Source: Roseibium sp. (GTDB lineage: Bacteria; Pseudomonadota; Alphaproteobacteria; Rhizobiales; Stappiaceae). Taken from it: a stretch of 64,000 nt of DNA. Position 1 is the stretch's first letter; each line of letters starts with the position of its first letter. The translations under genes and the position numbers were made by a program. Under the pieces are notes generated by a model. It was given only the letters and a program-made list of their open reading frames with translations, was not told the DNA's origin and did no database searches. Shown here piece after piece: positions 47,851 to 56,784 of this stretch. The stretch is taken from positions 37,590 to 101,589 of the forward strand of contig NZ_JBNKYW010000267.1 in the NCBI RefSeq assembly GCF_050301095.1, read 5' to 3'.

Positions 47851-48630
47851 ATGGCCAAAGTTACCAAACGTAAGCTTTTGAATTTGTTTTCATACCTGGC
47901 ATCATTGATGATTGCCTGGCTTACAGGAGCTACGAGCATCGCACGAGATTCCGGCCAGGAAGTGACCTCTCCGGTCGAAAGCAGCTCTTGGCAATATTCC
48001 CGAAGCGGCCTCAAATCCACGACAAGCTATCTTTTGCCTCTCGACGAATCCCTGGACCCGTCCAGTTCCTCAGCCGTCCTGGAACGCGCCCAGGCAGACG
48101 ACGCGATTGTGGTCGCCTCCTACGGTGGAGAGTCGCCAAGTGCGACGAAAGGCTCGGGCAAACCCATCATCGAACTGAACCCGTTCGTCCCGAGGACCTA
48201 TGGAGAGCTCGTCTTTACCGCTCCGCAGGAACGCCGGTTTCTCCAGCAGTTCCTCAACAGCAAGGCAGGCGTCGTAAAACAAGCGAACAACTGTGAACGC
48301 AGGGTCAAGAAGGGTGTCAGCCCCTACATCTGCTATGCCGAGGTACTGGATCAACTGGAGCGCCGTCTGGCCCGGGAGGCCGACCGCGGCAGCACGGTCG
48401 CCAAGCAGGCGCTTCCGGTCGTTCGCCAGATGGCTGAGGAAGTCCGCAATGCCCAGAGCGGTCAGGCGGCGATCGCAGCGGTGCAAAGAGGCATCGGCAA
48501 GGTCCAGCAGATCAGTCTTGTCCGCTCACAGGACACGGTAATCGTGAACCTTCAGCAGCAACAACGCGCCGTGCTCGCAGAAACCCTGCAGGCCGTGGAA
48601 ATCAGCCTCGCGAAATCTGTATCGATTTGA
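47851..48630 (+). CDS. Hypothetical secreted or membrane-anchored protein (partner of the caspase-like protease)
   Basis: 259 aa with an N-terminal hydrophobic segment (LFSYLASLMIAWLTGATSIA), a Ser-rich linker and a helical Q/A-rich C-terminal half. Its stop overlaps the next gene's start by 4 nt. I recognise no family. Confidence 0.6.
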   Translation: MAKVTKRKLLNLFSYLASLMIAWLTGATSIARDSGQEVTSPVESSSWQYSRSGLKSTTSYLLPLDESLDPSSSSAVLERAQADDAIVVASYGGESPSATKGSGKPIIELNPFVPRTYGELVFTAPQERRFLQQFLNSKAGVVKQANNCERRVKKGVSPYICYAEVLDQLERRLAREADRGSTVAKQALPVVRQMAEEVRNAQSGQAAIAAVQRGIGKVQQISLVRSQDTVIVNLQQQQRAVLAETLQAVEISLAKSVSI

Positions 48631-50630
48631 GTGGATTGCAATACGTGAGCAACTGGCTGAGAGACGAACAAGGCCGACTGCGGGAAGGTCTGCTTTTCCT
48701 GGTGGGCCTTTTTGCCGTCTGTCTTGTCCTTGTTCCCGGCAATGCACCTGCGCAAGGGCTTTCGTCCGGAGCGCGAATGGCGCTTGTCATCGGCAACTCC
48801 GACTACAATTTCCAGAAACTTCCCAATGCTCGCAACGACGCGGAGAGCATTGCAGCGACATTGCAAACGCTCAAATTTGACGTCCGGCTCGTGCTGGACG
48901 CGACGCGGGAGACATTTCGACAAGAGCTGGAAACATTCTCGGCCGAGACCGTCCAGAACAACGCCAGTGCCGTACTCGTCTATTATGCCGGGCACGGCGT
49001 CCAGTTGCAGGGGAAGAATTATCTCATACCTGTCGACGCAGACATCGAGGGCGTCGAAACCCTCGTCAGCGAAAGCCTTCATTTCGACGACCTGCTGAAG
49101 AAAGTGGGAAGCAGTGAGGCCTTCAAGATGGTGTTTCTGGATGCCTGCCAGAACAATCCGTTTCACGAGCAGATCGACAACCTTCAGGCCGGCCTTGCAC
49201 CGCCACCTGACGTCAGCGGGTTCCTGATCGGCTTTGCAACGCAGCCGGGCAAGGTGGCCTTCGACGGTGCCGGCAACAACAGCCCCTATGCGACCGCACT
49301 GCTGTCGAATTTACGCACGCCCGGCAAGGAAGTCCTGTCCGTGCTGGCGAAAGTCAATCAGAACGTGCGCAAGGAAACGGGCGGCGCCCAGGTTCCCTAT
49401 GTCCAGTTCTCGGTCAAACCCGAATTTTTCTTCAACCCCGGCGCCGAACCGGACGGGGATCTGGAAAGACGGATGTGGAAGCTGGCCGCCCGGCAGATGG
49501 ATCCGCAACTCCTTACCCTCTATCTTCAACGCTATCCGGAGGGACGTTTTGTCAGCGAGGCAAAAACCCTGCTCAGGCGGCATGAACAGGATCCCGAAGG
49601 AGCACTCGCGGATTTGCCCGTCAACCTTGCCAGCCTGGAAGAGGAAATCTGGTCGAGCGCGCTGGATGCCCGCAACCGTCCGCTGCTCGAATATTACATC
49701 GAGCGCTTCCCGAACGGCCGGAACGTGGAACAGGCGCACAAACTCGTCACGCAAATGGTTCCCGACAACCCGGACAGCCTGACCTCGGCGGAGCTTTGCA
49801 GGAAATTTGCCACACACCCCAATGATTCCACCGTGATCTATCAGGGCGTGTCACTCAACCGTTTGGCCAAGAATGCGGGTGCGGCGGTCAACGCCTGCGA
49901 AAAGGCGGTCGCGAAATTTCCGGAAGACGCGCATTACCAGGCGCTGCTCGCCCGCGCCTATGCGGCCAACGGAAAGACCGACGAAGCCGTCGAGCTTTAC
50001 AGGAAGGCGGCAGCGGCCGGAGACACGCGGGCGCTCGTCAGCCTTGGTCTACTTTACGAGCTTGGCCAGGGCCTGCCCAAGAACCTTGAAAAGGCCAGAG
50101 AACTTTTCGAACAGGCCTATGCTCACGGCAGTGCCGACGGAGCGATCAACCTGGCCGTTTCGCTCTATTCCGGCGCCGGGGGGCAGCGCGACGTCCCGCG
50201 CGCGATCACCTTGCTGGAATTCGCGTCCTCGGAAGGCGCGGCCCGGGCAACCTACAATCTCGGCGTCTTCGCCAAGGAAGGCATCTACGAAACCCCCGAA
50301 AGCGCGGTCGGCTTCTTCGAGCGCGCCGCCCGGCAGGGCTATGCGGAAGGAGCGCTTGCCGCCGCCGCCATTTATGACGAAGGATTTCATACCGAGAAGT
50401 CGCCTGCCAAGGCGTCCGACCTGTTGCTGTCGGCCCTGACCGCCGACAGCGGCGAGACCCTGGCCAAGGTCACGGGCGAGGCACGCAGCTGGTCGAAGGA
50501 CACGATTACCGAGCTCCAGTCCAGAATGAAGACGGCGGGTTACTATGACGGCGCCCTGGACGGCCTTCCTGGACCGCGCTTCAGTCGCGGTCTGGAACAA
50601 TGGCGTCTCTACGGCGGCTCTCCTTCCTGA
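48627..50630 (+). CDS. Caspase-family (peptidase C14) protein fused to Sel1/TPR repeats and a C-terminal peptidoglycan-binding domain
   Basis: N-terminal anchor/signal GLLFLVGLFAVCLVLVPG. Caspase fold: ALVIGNSDY, His in VLVYYAGHG (48993-48995), Cys in VFLDACQNNPF (49146-49148). Sel1 repeats (LGLLYELGQGLPKNLEKARELFEQA etc.) follow, then a PG_binding_1-like end (MKTAGYYDGALDGLPGPRFSRGLEQW). The start (TTG 48627 or GTG 48645) is uncertain. Confidence 0.85.
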   Translation: MSGLQYVSNWLRDEQGRLREGLLFLVGLFAVCLVLVPGNAPAQGLSSGARMALVIGNSDYNFQKLPNARNDAESIAATLQTLKFDVRLVLDATRETFRQELETFSAETVQNNASAVLVYYAGHGVQLQGKNYLIPVDADIEGVETLVSESLHFDDLLKKVGSSEAFKMVFLDACQNNPFHEQIDNLQAGLAPPPDVSGFLIGFATQPGKVAFDGAGNNSPYATALLSNLRTPGKEVLSVLAKVNQNVRKETGGAQVPYVQFSVKPEFFFNPGAEPDGDLERRMWKLAARQMDPQLLTLYLQRYPEGRFVSEAKTLLRRHEQDPEGALADLPVNLASLEEEIWSSALDARNRPLLEYYIERFPNGRNVEQAHKLVTQMVPDNPDSLTSAELCRKFATHPNDSTVIYQGVSLNRLAKNAGAAVNACEKAVAKFPEDAHYQALLARAYAANGKTDEAVELYRKAAAAGDTRALVSLGLLYELGQGLPKNLEKARELFEQAYAHGSADGAINLAVSLYSGAGGQRDVPRAITLLEFASSEGAARATYNLGVFAKEGIYETPESAVGFFERAARQGYAEGALAAAAIYDEGFHTEKSPAKASDLLLSALTADSGETLAKVTGEARSWSKDTITELQSRMKTAGYYDGALDGLPGPRFSRGLEQWRLYGGSPS

Positions 50631-50722
50631 ACCTTGCATCCACGATCTGAATTTGTTCTTCTTTTCCGTGGCCTTACCCGGCATTATGGAGCCAGCCCCG
50701 TTCAGGACCCGCGGATCGAACC

Positions 50723-52915
50723 ATGGAATTTGATGTCCTTTACCTCGCCGATCTGCGCTTTCCCGGCGGTACGTCTACCTCACTTCGGTACGATCTGCGC
50801 GCCTGCCGGACGGCCGGGCTGAAGGCCGGAATCATTCCCGTATCCTCGCCGATATTTGCCAGAAACCGTGTTCTCAACCAGACCCTGCTTGCGGAAATCC
50901 GGGCGACCGGAACCGTAATCGTGCCGCGCGATGAACGGCCGAAAGCGAAAATCGCGCTGCTCAATCATCCCTCCATTCTGGAAAACAGCGTCCGGACCCG
51001 GACCGGTTTCGACGCAGAAACCTGCTGCATGGTCGTTCATCAGCCGACCCGGAACCGCAGGGGACAACCCTACTACAAGGCAGACCAATGGCCGGATCTG
51101 GCCGCCGACTGGTTCGGACATGACTTGCATCTGTTGCCTGTCAGCAATGTCGTTCGAAATGATCTGGTCGCCAACGGCCTGTCGGCCATGCTCCACGAAG
51201 CCAACTGGCCGAACCTGATCGATCCGTCCGATTTCCCGCAAAAGCCTCCCCGGGAAGCAGGATTGCCGCTGGTCATCGGCCGTCACAGCCGCCCCAGCCT
51301 GGACAAATGGCCGTCTCCGGAGATCGCTCTCTCGTGTTATCCGGAATCACCGGTCTATTCCTTCCGCATGCTGGGAGCGCCGCAGGAGTATCTCGACCAA
51401 TTCGAAACGCTTCCCTGGAACTGGCATGTCCTGCCATTTTCGCACGAACCCGTTTCCGGCTTCCTCCAGGGTCTCGACATCTACAGCTACTTTCATTCCG
51501 ACACCTGGATTGAGGCCTTCGGTTATAGCGTGCTCGAAGCCCTGGCTACCGGACTGCCCTGCGTTGTTCCCCATGGCATGGAAGAGATCTATGCCGACGC
51601 CTGCTTTTATGCCGATCCCACCCAGGCACCACAGGTCTACGAGCGCCTGCGGTCCAACCGCTCCTTGATGGAAAAGGCGTCCCAAAGAGCCCGCGCGCAC
51701 GTGGAGGCCCGCTTCGGGCTCGACGGTTTCAAGACGAAATTCGGCGCGGTTGCCGGAAGACCGGGCCCGCTGCGCCGGAAGCGCGCCGGCAGCCCGGCAC
51801 CGGCAAAAACCTCCGCCCCGGTTGTTCTGACGGTCACATCCAACGGTATCGGGCTCGGACATCTGTCCCGCCAGCTTGCCATCGCAAAAGCGCTCGGGCC
51901 AAGGGTCAATGTCGTCTTCTTCTCACTTTCGGAAGCCATCGAAATCGCCCGTTCGATGGGTTACGCCGCGGAGTACCGGCCATTCCACCGAAAACTGCAG
52001 GCGGATATCGAGGCGTGGAACGCCTATTTCTTCCAGGAACTGCGCGAGGCCCTGGGCCATTACAATCCCGCACTGACCCTGTTTGATGGCAATCTCCCCT
52101 ATGGAGGCCTGGTGGACGCGCTCGAATCCTACGGGAAGTGCACCACGGCCTGGATCCGGCGGGGCCTCTGGCGAACACCGCAACCCCAAAGCATCGCCCG
52201 CGAACGGGTTTTCGATGCCGTCTTCGAACCCGGCGAACTTTGTGAAGCTCTCGACCCCGGCTATTCGCGACCCGACCCGGACGGCGTCGCCCGGGTCAAT
52301 CCCGTGCTGATGACGCAACCCCGACACCTCTTTAGCCGGAACACCGCCAGGCGCGCACTCGATCTGCCGGAAGACGCCACGCTCTGCCTCGTCCAGCTTG
52401 GCTCGGAAGCCAATTTCGATATGTCGCTGCCCAGACAGCTGTTGCTGGAATTCCTTGAACGACACCCGCATGTCATAGCGGTCGAAGTCCGCTCCCCCCT
52501 GCATGCCGGCAATTCCGCGGGTCTGCACGAGCGTCTGATCATGCGGAAGATGTATCCGCTCGGACAGGCCCTGAAGGCATTCGACTTCGCGGTCTGCGCC
52601 GCCGGTTACAACACGTTTCATGAAAACATCGCAGCCGGGCTGCCGTCGCTTTTCGTTCCCAACAGCGCTCCGGAAATGGATGTTCAGGAAGCACGGGCGG
52701 ACTATGGTGCCCGTTCGGGCTGGAGCCTCACCTGTTCTGCGGACGACCCCTTCGCCTTTGAAACGGCCCTGGAACAGATGCTCGATCCGGACCTTCGGCA
52801 GGACCTGTCAGCAGCCTGTCTGCGCAAGACCGGCTGCTGGGACGGCGCCTGGCAGATTGCCCGGCAACTGCAGGTCCTGGCGCAGCTGCCAGAAAACCTG
52901 TTGCCGGAACACTGA
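50723..52915 (+). CDS. Bifunctional glycosyltransferase: N-terminal GT4-like GT-B fused to a C-terminal GT28/MurG-like GT-B
   Basis: 730 aa. The N-terminal half has the EX7E-type motif EAFGYSVLEALATGLPCV. The C-terminal half begins VVLTVTSNGIGLGHLSRQLAIAK and ends AAGYNTFHENIAAGLPSLFVP (GT1/GT28 C-terminal pattern). Confidence 0.78.
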   Translation: MEFDVLYLADLRFPGGTSTSLRYDLRACRTAGLKAGIIPVSSPIFARNRVLNQTLLAEIRATGTVIVPRDERPKAKIALLNHPSILENSVRTRTGFDAETCCMVVHQPTRNRRGQPYYKADQWPDLAADWFGHDLHLLPVSNVVRNDLVANGLSAMLHEANWPNLIDPSDFPQKPPREAGLPLVIGRHSRPSLDKWPSPEIALSCYPESPVYSFRMLGAPQEYLDQFETLPWNWHVLPFSHEPVSGFLQGLDIYSYFHSDTWIEAFGYSVLEALATGLPCVVPHGMEEIYADACFYADPTQAPQVYERLRSNRSLMEKASQRARAHVEARFGLDGFKTKFGAVAGRPGPLRRKRAGSPAPAKTSAPVVLTVTSNGIGLGHLSRQLAIAKALGPRVNVVFFSLSEAIEIARSMGYAAEYRPFHRKLQADIEAWNAYFFQELREALGHYNPALTLFDGNLPYGGLVDALESYGKCTTAWIRRGLWRTPQPQSIARERVFDAVFEPGELCEALDPGYSRPDPDGVARVNPVLMTQPRHLFSRNTARRALDLPEDATLCLVQLGSEANFDMSLPRQLLLEFLERHPHVIAVEVRSPLHAGNSAGLHERLIMRKMYPLGQALKAFDFAVCAAGYNTFHENIAAGLPSLFVPNSAPEMDVQEARADYGARSGWSLTCSADDPFAFETALEQMLDPDLRQDLSAACLRKTGCWDGAWQIARQLQVLAQLPENLLPEH

Positions 52916-52993
52916 CGGGGTCGAATTTGGTAACTCGGGTCCTTGCTGTTTACTGACTTGCGGCGGCGCTGATGAATCGAAAGGTGGACGGAA

Positions 52994-53440
52994 TTGATCA
53001 AGGAGCATCTGGAAAACGCCGGTCTGCGCTTCGCCCTTCGCAGTCTTCGCGCCTTCAGGACGTCGGACAAGTCCGGTGCCGTCCTGCTGTCGGATTTCAG
53101 AAAGGCCGGAAATGTCGCGTTGGTCTGGGCCCTCGACCAGCATGACGATGCCCTGTCCGATGAGGCAAGCCTGCAATTGGAAAAGCTGGAGGGCTTTGAC
53201 ACGGTCGTCGTGGTTTGCCCGCCGCGGTATTTTGGCACTCTTCGCAGCCGGGGTTTGTTTTTCGAATGTCTGCCGGTACCCGCCGACCGGGCCCTCAGCG
53301 GGGTTACGACCAACTGGGACCTCTACCTGAAACGCCGGGTAGCGCGCATACGGGAGAACTGGGCCCCCGACTTCGAGTTCACGGTCGGCCGGCCGCCGGA
53401 AGTCTACTGCAGGGACTTCCGGCAATCGCTTCAAACGTAG
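52994..53440 (+). CDS. Hypothetical protein
   Basis: 148-aa ORF with a TTG start on the same strand as the glycosyltransferase gene. No motif recognised. Its 3' end overlaps the convergent sulfotransferase gene by 10 nt. Coding status is not certain. Confidence 0.4.
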   Translation: MIKEHLENAGLRFALRSLRAFRTSDKSGAVLLSDFRKAGNVALVWALDQHDDALSDEASLQLEKLEGFDTVVVVCPPRYFGTLRSRGLFFECLPVPADRALSGVTTNWDLYLKRRVARIRENWAPDFEFTVGRPPEVYCRDFRQSLQT

Positions 53441-54255
53441 CCGTCTGACGAAAAAACCTGCGGTTCGTCAAAGGCATAACCGCGCAACGATGCTTCCGTC
53501 AGGGCAGTCCTTACCTCCCCGGCATTCGAAATCGACTTGTAAACGTCCTTCTGCCGGTCCTGCTTGAATTCCTTTATCGATCCAAGGTCCATCGCGGGGA
53601 GCCCGCAAATTCCGGAAAGGGCCCGCTGCAAGCCAAATTGAACGGTTGGTGGCGACTGGTTGAGCACCGCATCGTAGGACACCCGTCGGGTCTTTGCGCC
53701 CGCGGCCACGGCGGTCTCCGAAACCGCCTGAAACCAGCCGTCGGTCTGCTCGGAGTCTTCCAGAAACGAAGCCAAGTCGACGCTCACCTGCTCAGCCGTC
53801 GTGTCGACCAGCCGCCAGGCACCCAGTTGCTCTGCCTTGAGCAGCGAGACATAGCGCTGAAGCCGCCTGCGGGTGAGAAAGATGCAGGAGCATTCGTTGC
53901 CGTAAAGCACGGACTGAAGAACCTCGGCTGAAACATGCCCCGGAAACAGCGTGTAGGACAGAAACTCAAACCCCAGCCGATCGCAGATACCGGACAGAAC
54001 CTCCAGAATGTAAAGCGGGTTTTCCCTGAAGAACGCCGCCAGCTGCGCCCGTTTTTCCCGGGAGACCTCGAAGCCGGTTTCCTCTTCAAAAAGTTTCCTA
54101 AAATCCTTGCCGTTGCTCTCAAGTCCGTAGGGAGCCGCCGGATTGAACATTTCCCGGAAAACCGCCGCATTGCCCAGGCCCTGCTGCAGGATCGCCTGAT
54201 GGAAATTGGAACCGCTGCGCGGGGCCGACACCAGAATGAGATGGCGAGGCATCAC
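53431..54255 (-). CDS. Sulfotransferase family protein
   Basis: 274 aa. N-terminal PAPS 5'-phosphosulfate-binding loop LILVSAPRSGSNF and a later RRLQRYVS (3'-PB-like) segment. Its start overlaps the radical SAM gene's stop. Confidence 0.72.
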   Translation of the reverse strand: MMPRHLILVSAPRSGSNFHQAILQQGLGNAAVFREMFNPAAPYGLESNGKDFRKLFEEETGFEVSREKRAQLAAFFRENPLYILEVLSGICDRLGFEFLSYTLFPGHVSAEVLQSVLYGNECSCIFLTRRRLQRYVSLLKAEQLGAWRLVDTTAEQVSVDLASFLEDSEQTDGWFQAVSETAVAAGAKTRRVSYDAVLNQSPPTVQFGLQRALSGICGLPAMDLGSIKEFKQDRQKDVYKSISNAGEVRTALTEASLRGYAFDEPQVFSSDGYV

Positions 54256-55673
54256 ATGACCTCCAGCGCAGTCTTGTCAACCTCGGGAGAGGAGAGGACC
54301 GGATCCTCCAACACGGTCCGCAGGCGGTCATGATCCGGATGCTCCGGATTGGCGATATCCCGATTAAGAAACTCCTCCTCTGTGAACGTTCCCCAGTTCC
54401 TGAGCCGCTGGAAAAACACACTGTCTGCCCCGACCTGCCGCGCCAGCCGAACGAAGTCGGGCATTTCGGCGTAATTGTCCCTCTGCACCAGAAAATCCAT
54501 TCGAAACACGTCAATCATCTGAAGCCTGCGCAAGTGGCCGAGAAAATGGAGATTGGGGAGCAGCCGGTCGAACCGCCCTCCCTGCCGGACCCGTGCGTAG
54601 GTGCCCGGGGTGGCGGCATCGACGGACACGCGCACGCTCGACACATGTCCCCACAGGTCCAGCCGGTTCCAGAGCGCCTCCGTCAGCAGCAGGCCGCTGG
54701 TCTGGATCTGCAGGGTTCCGGTCCGCTCCGTCCGTGCGCAATAGGCTTGCAGGAAATTCAGGTAGTGCCTGCTGGCAAACGGTTCGCCATCCCTGGCAAG
54801 GGTGACCCTGGCCGCGGAGGAAAGAAAGTCCGCATAATTGTCGTTCACGAGCCGGTCGAGCCGGTCCCTGTCATATTTGCGAAGCGTGATCCGTCCCGGC
54901 CTGCAAGACGGGCAGGACTGGTTGCAACTGCGGTCATGAGACAGGTTCGCCCGGAAAGGTTTCGTGTCCAGCCGGATTTCCTTGCCGGCGATGATCCTGC
55001 CATAGCGCTCCATGGCGGGCGACGCGGGGTCTGCGGCGAGATAGAAGTCACGGGACCGGAGACGGCGGTCTCTGATGTGCGGGCAATGACGGCGGCTGCA
55101 GTGGGAGAAGTCGCCATCCAGGATCGAACGCCGGATTTCCTGCGCGGCCGGCCCATTCCAGATGCTCCCCGGATCCTCGGACAGATCACCGATCGGAACC
55201 GGTTGCCATGCCGCCGGGCAAAAATGGACCGATTGATCTGCTGCGGTATCAATCTGATCGAACGGCATCGGGCAGAACCGGTCCTTCAGCCATTCATCTG
55301 CCGGATCGCCCAGATCCTGCCGCTCGTGTTCTGCAGCCTCGGCAAGCCGCTCGACAAAGAGCCACCGTCCGTCCTGCGGCGGAAGAAAAGCCAGAAGGTC
55401 CCGGGCCACCTGCCACAGGCCCTGCCGGACGGAAACAAGCGCCAGGGCAAGCAACGTACAGCTCGCAAGCCGCTTTTTTCCCTGCTTCAGATCGCCAATG
55501 AGCGAGTTGGCCCGCTCTTCGGTCCATTCCGCGGAAAGCTCGCCCGCGAGCTCCTCGACAATGTCGGCGGCGCGATGCGACGAACCCGCCGGATCAAGGC
55601 ACGCAGCCGCATAGGCGGATTGCCGGGCATCTCCTTGCCGTAAAAGGTCGTCAAACAAGTCCATCCTGTCCAT
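54252..55673 (-). CDS. Radical SAM protein with an N-terminal extension containing a SPASM/twitch-like Cys-rich region
   Basis: 473 aa. The canonical CX3CX2C (SCNQSCPSC, residues 250-257, nt 54903-54926) is preceded by CPMPFDQ...HFCPAAW...IWNGPAAQEIRRSILDGDFSHCSRRHCPHI (residues 134-200, nt 55074-55274). Confidence 0.8.
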   Translation of the reverse strand: MDRMDLFDDLLRQGDARQSAYAAACLDPAGSSHRAADIVEELAGELSAEWTEERANSLIGDLKQGKKRLASCTLLALALVSVRQGLWQVARDLLAFLPPQDGRWLFVERLAEAAEHERQDLGDPADEWLKDRFCPMPFDQIDTAADQSVHFCPAAWQPVPIGDLSEDPGSIWNGPAAQEIRRSILDGDFSHCSRRHCPHIRDRRLRSRDFYLAADPASPAMERYGRIIAGKEIRLDTKPFRANLSHDRSCNQSCPSCRPGRITLRKYDRDRLDRLVNDNYADFLSSAARVTLARDGEPFASRHYLNFLQAYCARTERTGTLQIQTSGLLLTEALWNRLDLWGHVSSVRVSVDAATPGTYARVRQGGRFDRLLPNLHFLGHLRRLQMIDVFRMDFLVQRDNYAEMPDFVRLARQVGADSVFFQRLRNWGTFTEEEFLNRDIANPEHPDHDRLRTVLEDPVLSSPEVDKTALEVM

Positions 55674-55797
55674 CGTCTGAATGGCGCTCCGGCATCTGGA
55701 GGGGCAAGGTCCTCAACAAAGCATAAAAAGCCAGCCGATATAAGCCGTTACGCAACCAACTATCGACACTCTTCGACAGAGATGCGTGACGCCGACA

Positions 55798-56724
55798 TCA
55801 GCCGGACTGGTGTTTCGCATATTCCCGGAACGCGGTTCTGGTCAGCATCTTCTGTGTTCCCTTGTAATCAAGGTATCGGTCTGCGATCGAAAGCCGTTCC
55901 ACCTTTTTCTTCCTGTCCTCATCGCTGCCGGCGTAATCGTGGCGCAAGGTCGCCCCGGGTTCATAAAGGAAACGGCCGGGCGCAAGTTCCCGCAGCATCC
56001 GGCAGCAAAGATCAAGTCCCTCGTGAGCGGGAAGAAGCGGATCGAAACCGCCGTATTTCTTGAATTGGTCGCCTTCCCAGACGCAAATTCCCTCCGTTAC
56101 GGGAGGCGCGGCATGCAAATTGTCGCCCAGGTCGTAGTGCTCAGCTCCCTGCCCTTTTTCGGATCTGGGCACCACCCGGCCACGAACGGCAATGGCGTTC
56201 TTCTCGGCGCAGGTCTGAACGAGCCGGAGGAGATCTTCCGGCCCCGTTTCGCCGTCGTCGTCGAGGAAGAGCAGATAGGTACCGCGCGCCACATAGGCGC
56301 CGATATTGCGTGCCGCAGCGCCCCCGATGTTTTCAGGCAGAGCGAAGAGTCTCGCGTCGAAGCGGTAATCTTCAGACGCCGCCCCGCTGGTCTCCAGCCC
56401 GTTTGCAACGAAGATCAGTTCAACGCCGGGCGTCTTGAGGAAGTCAGCTAATCCGGCGGCGGCTTCACAGGCAGAAAGCCAATTTCGATGAGAGACGACG
56501 ATGACCGATACCTTCACGTCGTAAATATTGCGGGTGTTCTCCTTGAGACAACATGCGTGGATCCGCTCGTGGAGACCGTGCAGATATTCGGAAGCGGCCT
56601 GCTGGGCCGCTGCGAAATTTCCGTTTTGGAATTCGCTAACCGCTTGAGAGAACAATCCAGGCGTCACCTTTTCCTTCCACCTCCCACCTAATTCGTCCAT
56701 CGAGCATCTTCGAATGGAGGACAA
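55798..56724 (-). CDS. Family 2 glycosyltransferase (GT-A fold)
   Basis: VSVIVVSHRNW (the GT2 N-terminal strand) and the DXD motif LLFLDDDGE. The start is uncertain (TTG 56724 or ATG 56700). Confidence 0.8.
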   Translation of the reverse strand: MSSIRRCSMDELGGRWKEKVTPGLFSQAVSEFQNGNFAAAQQAASEYLHGLHERIHACCLKENTRNIYDVKVSVIVVSHRNWLSACEAAAGLADFLKTPGVELIFVANGLETSGAASEDYRFDARLFALPENIGGAAARNIGAYVARGTYLLFLDDDGETGPEDLLRLVQTCAEKNAIAVRGRVVPRSEKGQGAEHYDLGDNLHAAPPVTEGICVWEGDQFKKYGGFDPLLPAHEGLDLCCRMLRELAPGRFLYEPGATLRHDYAGSDEDRKKKVERLSIADRYLDYKGTQKMLTRTAFREYAKHQSG

Positions 56725-56746
56725 ACTTCAACAATTAGGTGTCGGA

Positions 56747-56784
56747 TCAAAAAGGAGGCCCCGGAGATTGTTCTCCGAGGCCCC
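56747..56784 (-). terminator. Rho-independent terminator of hss
   Basis: On the minus strand: ggcctcggaga-acaa-tctccggggcc (11-bp stem, one G-U pair) followed by tccTTTTTg. It lies about 25 nt after the hss stop. Confidence 0.6.

Noticed and set aside
47851-48630. The idea that the 259-aa protein upstream of the caspase-like protease is a bacterial gasdermin (a gasdermin-protease cell-death pair).
   Set aside because: Size and gene order fit, but the protein has an N-terminal signal/anchor and a helical Gln-rich C-terminal half rather than a cytoplasmic beta-rich gasdermin fold. The protease itself is predicted to be periplasmic and peptidoglycan-bound. Structure prediction would be needed to reopen the idea.
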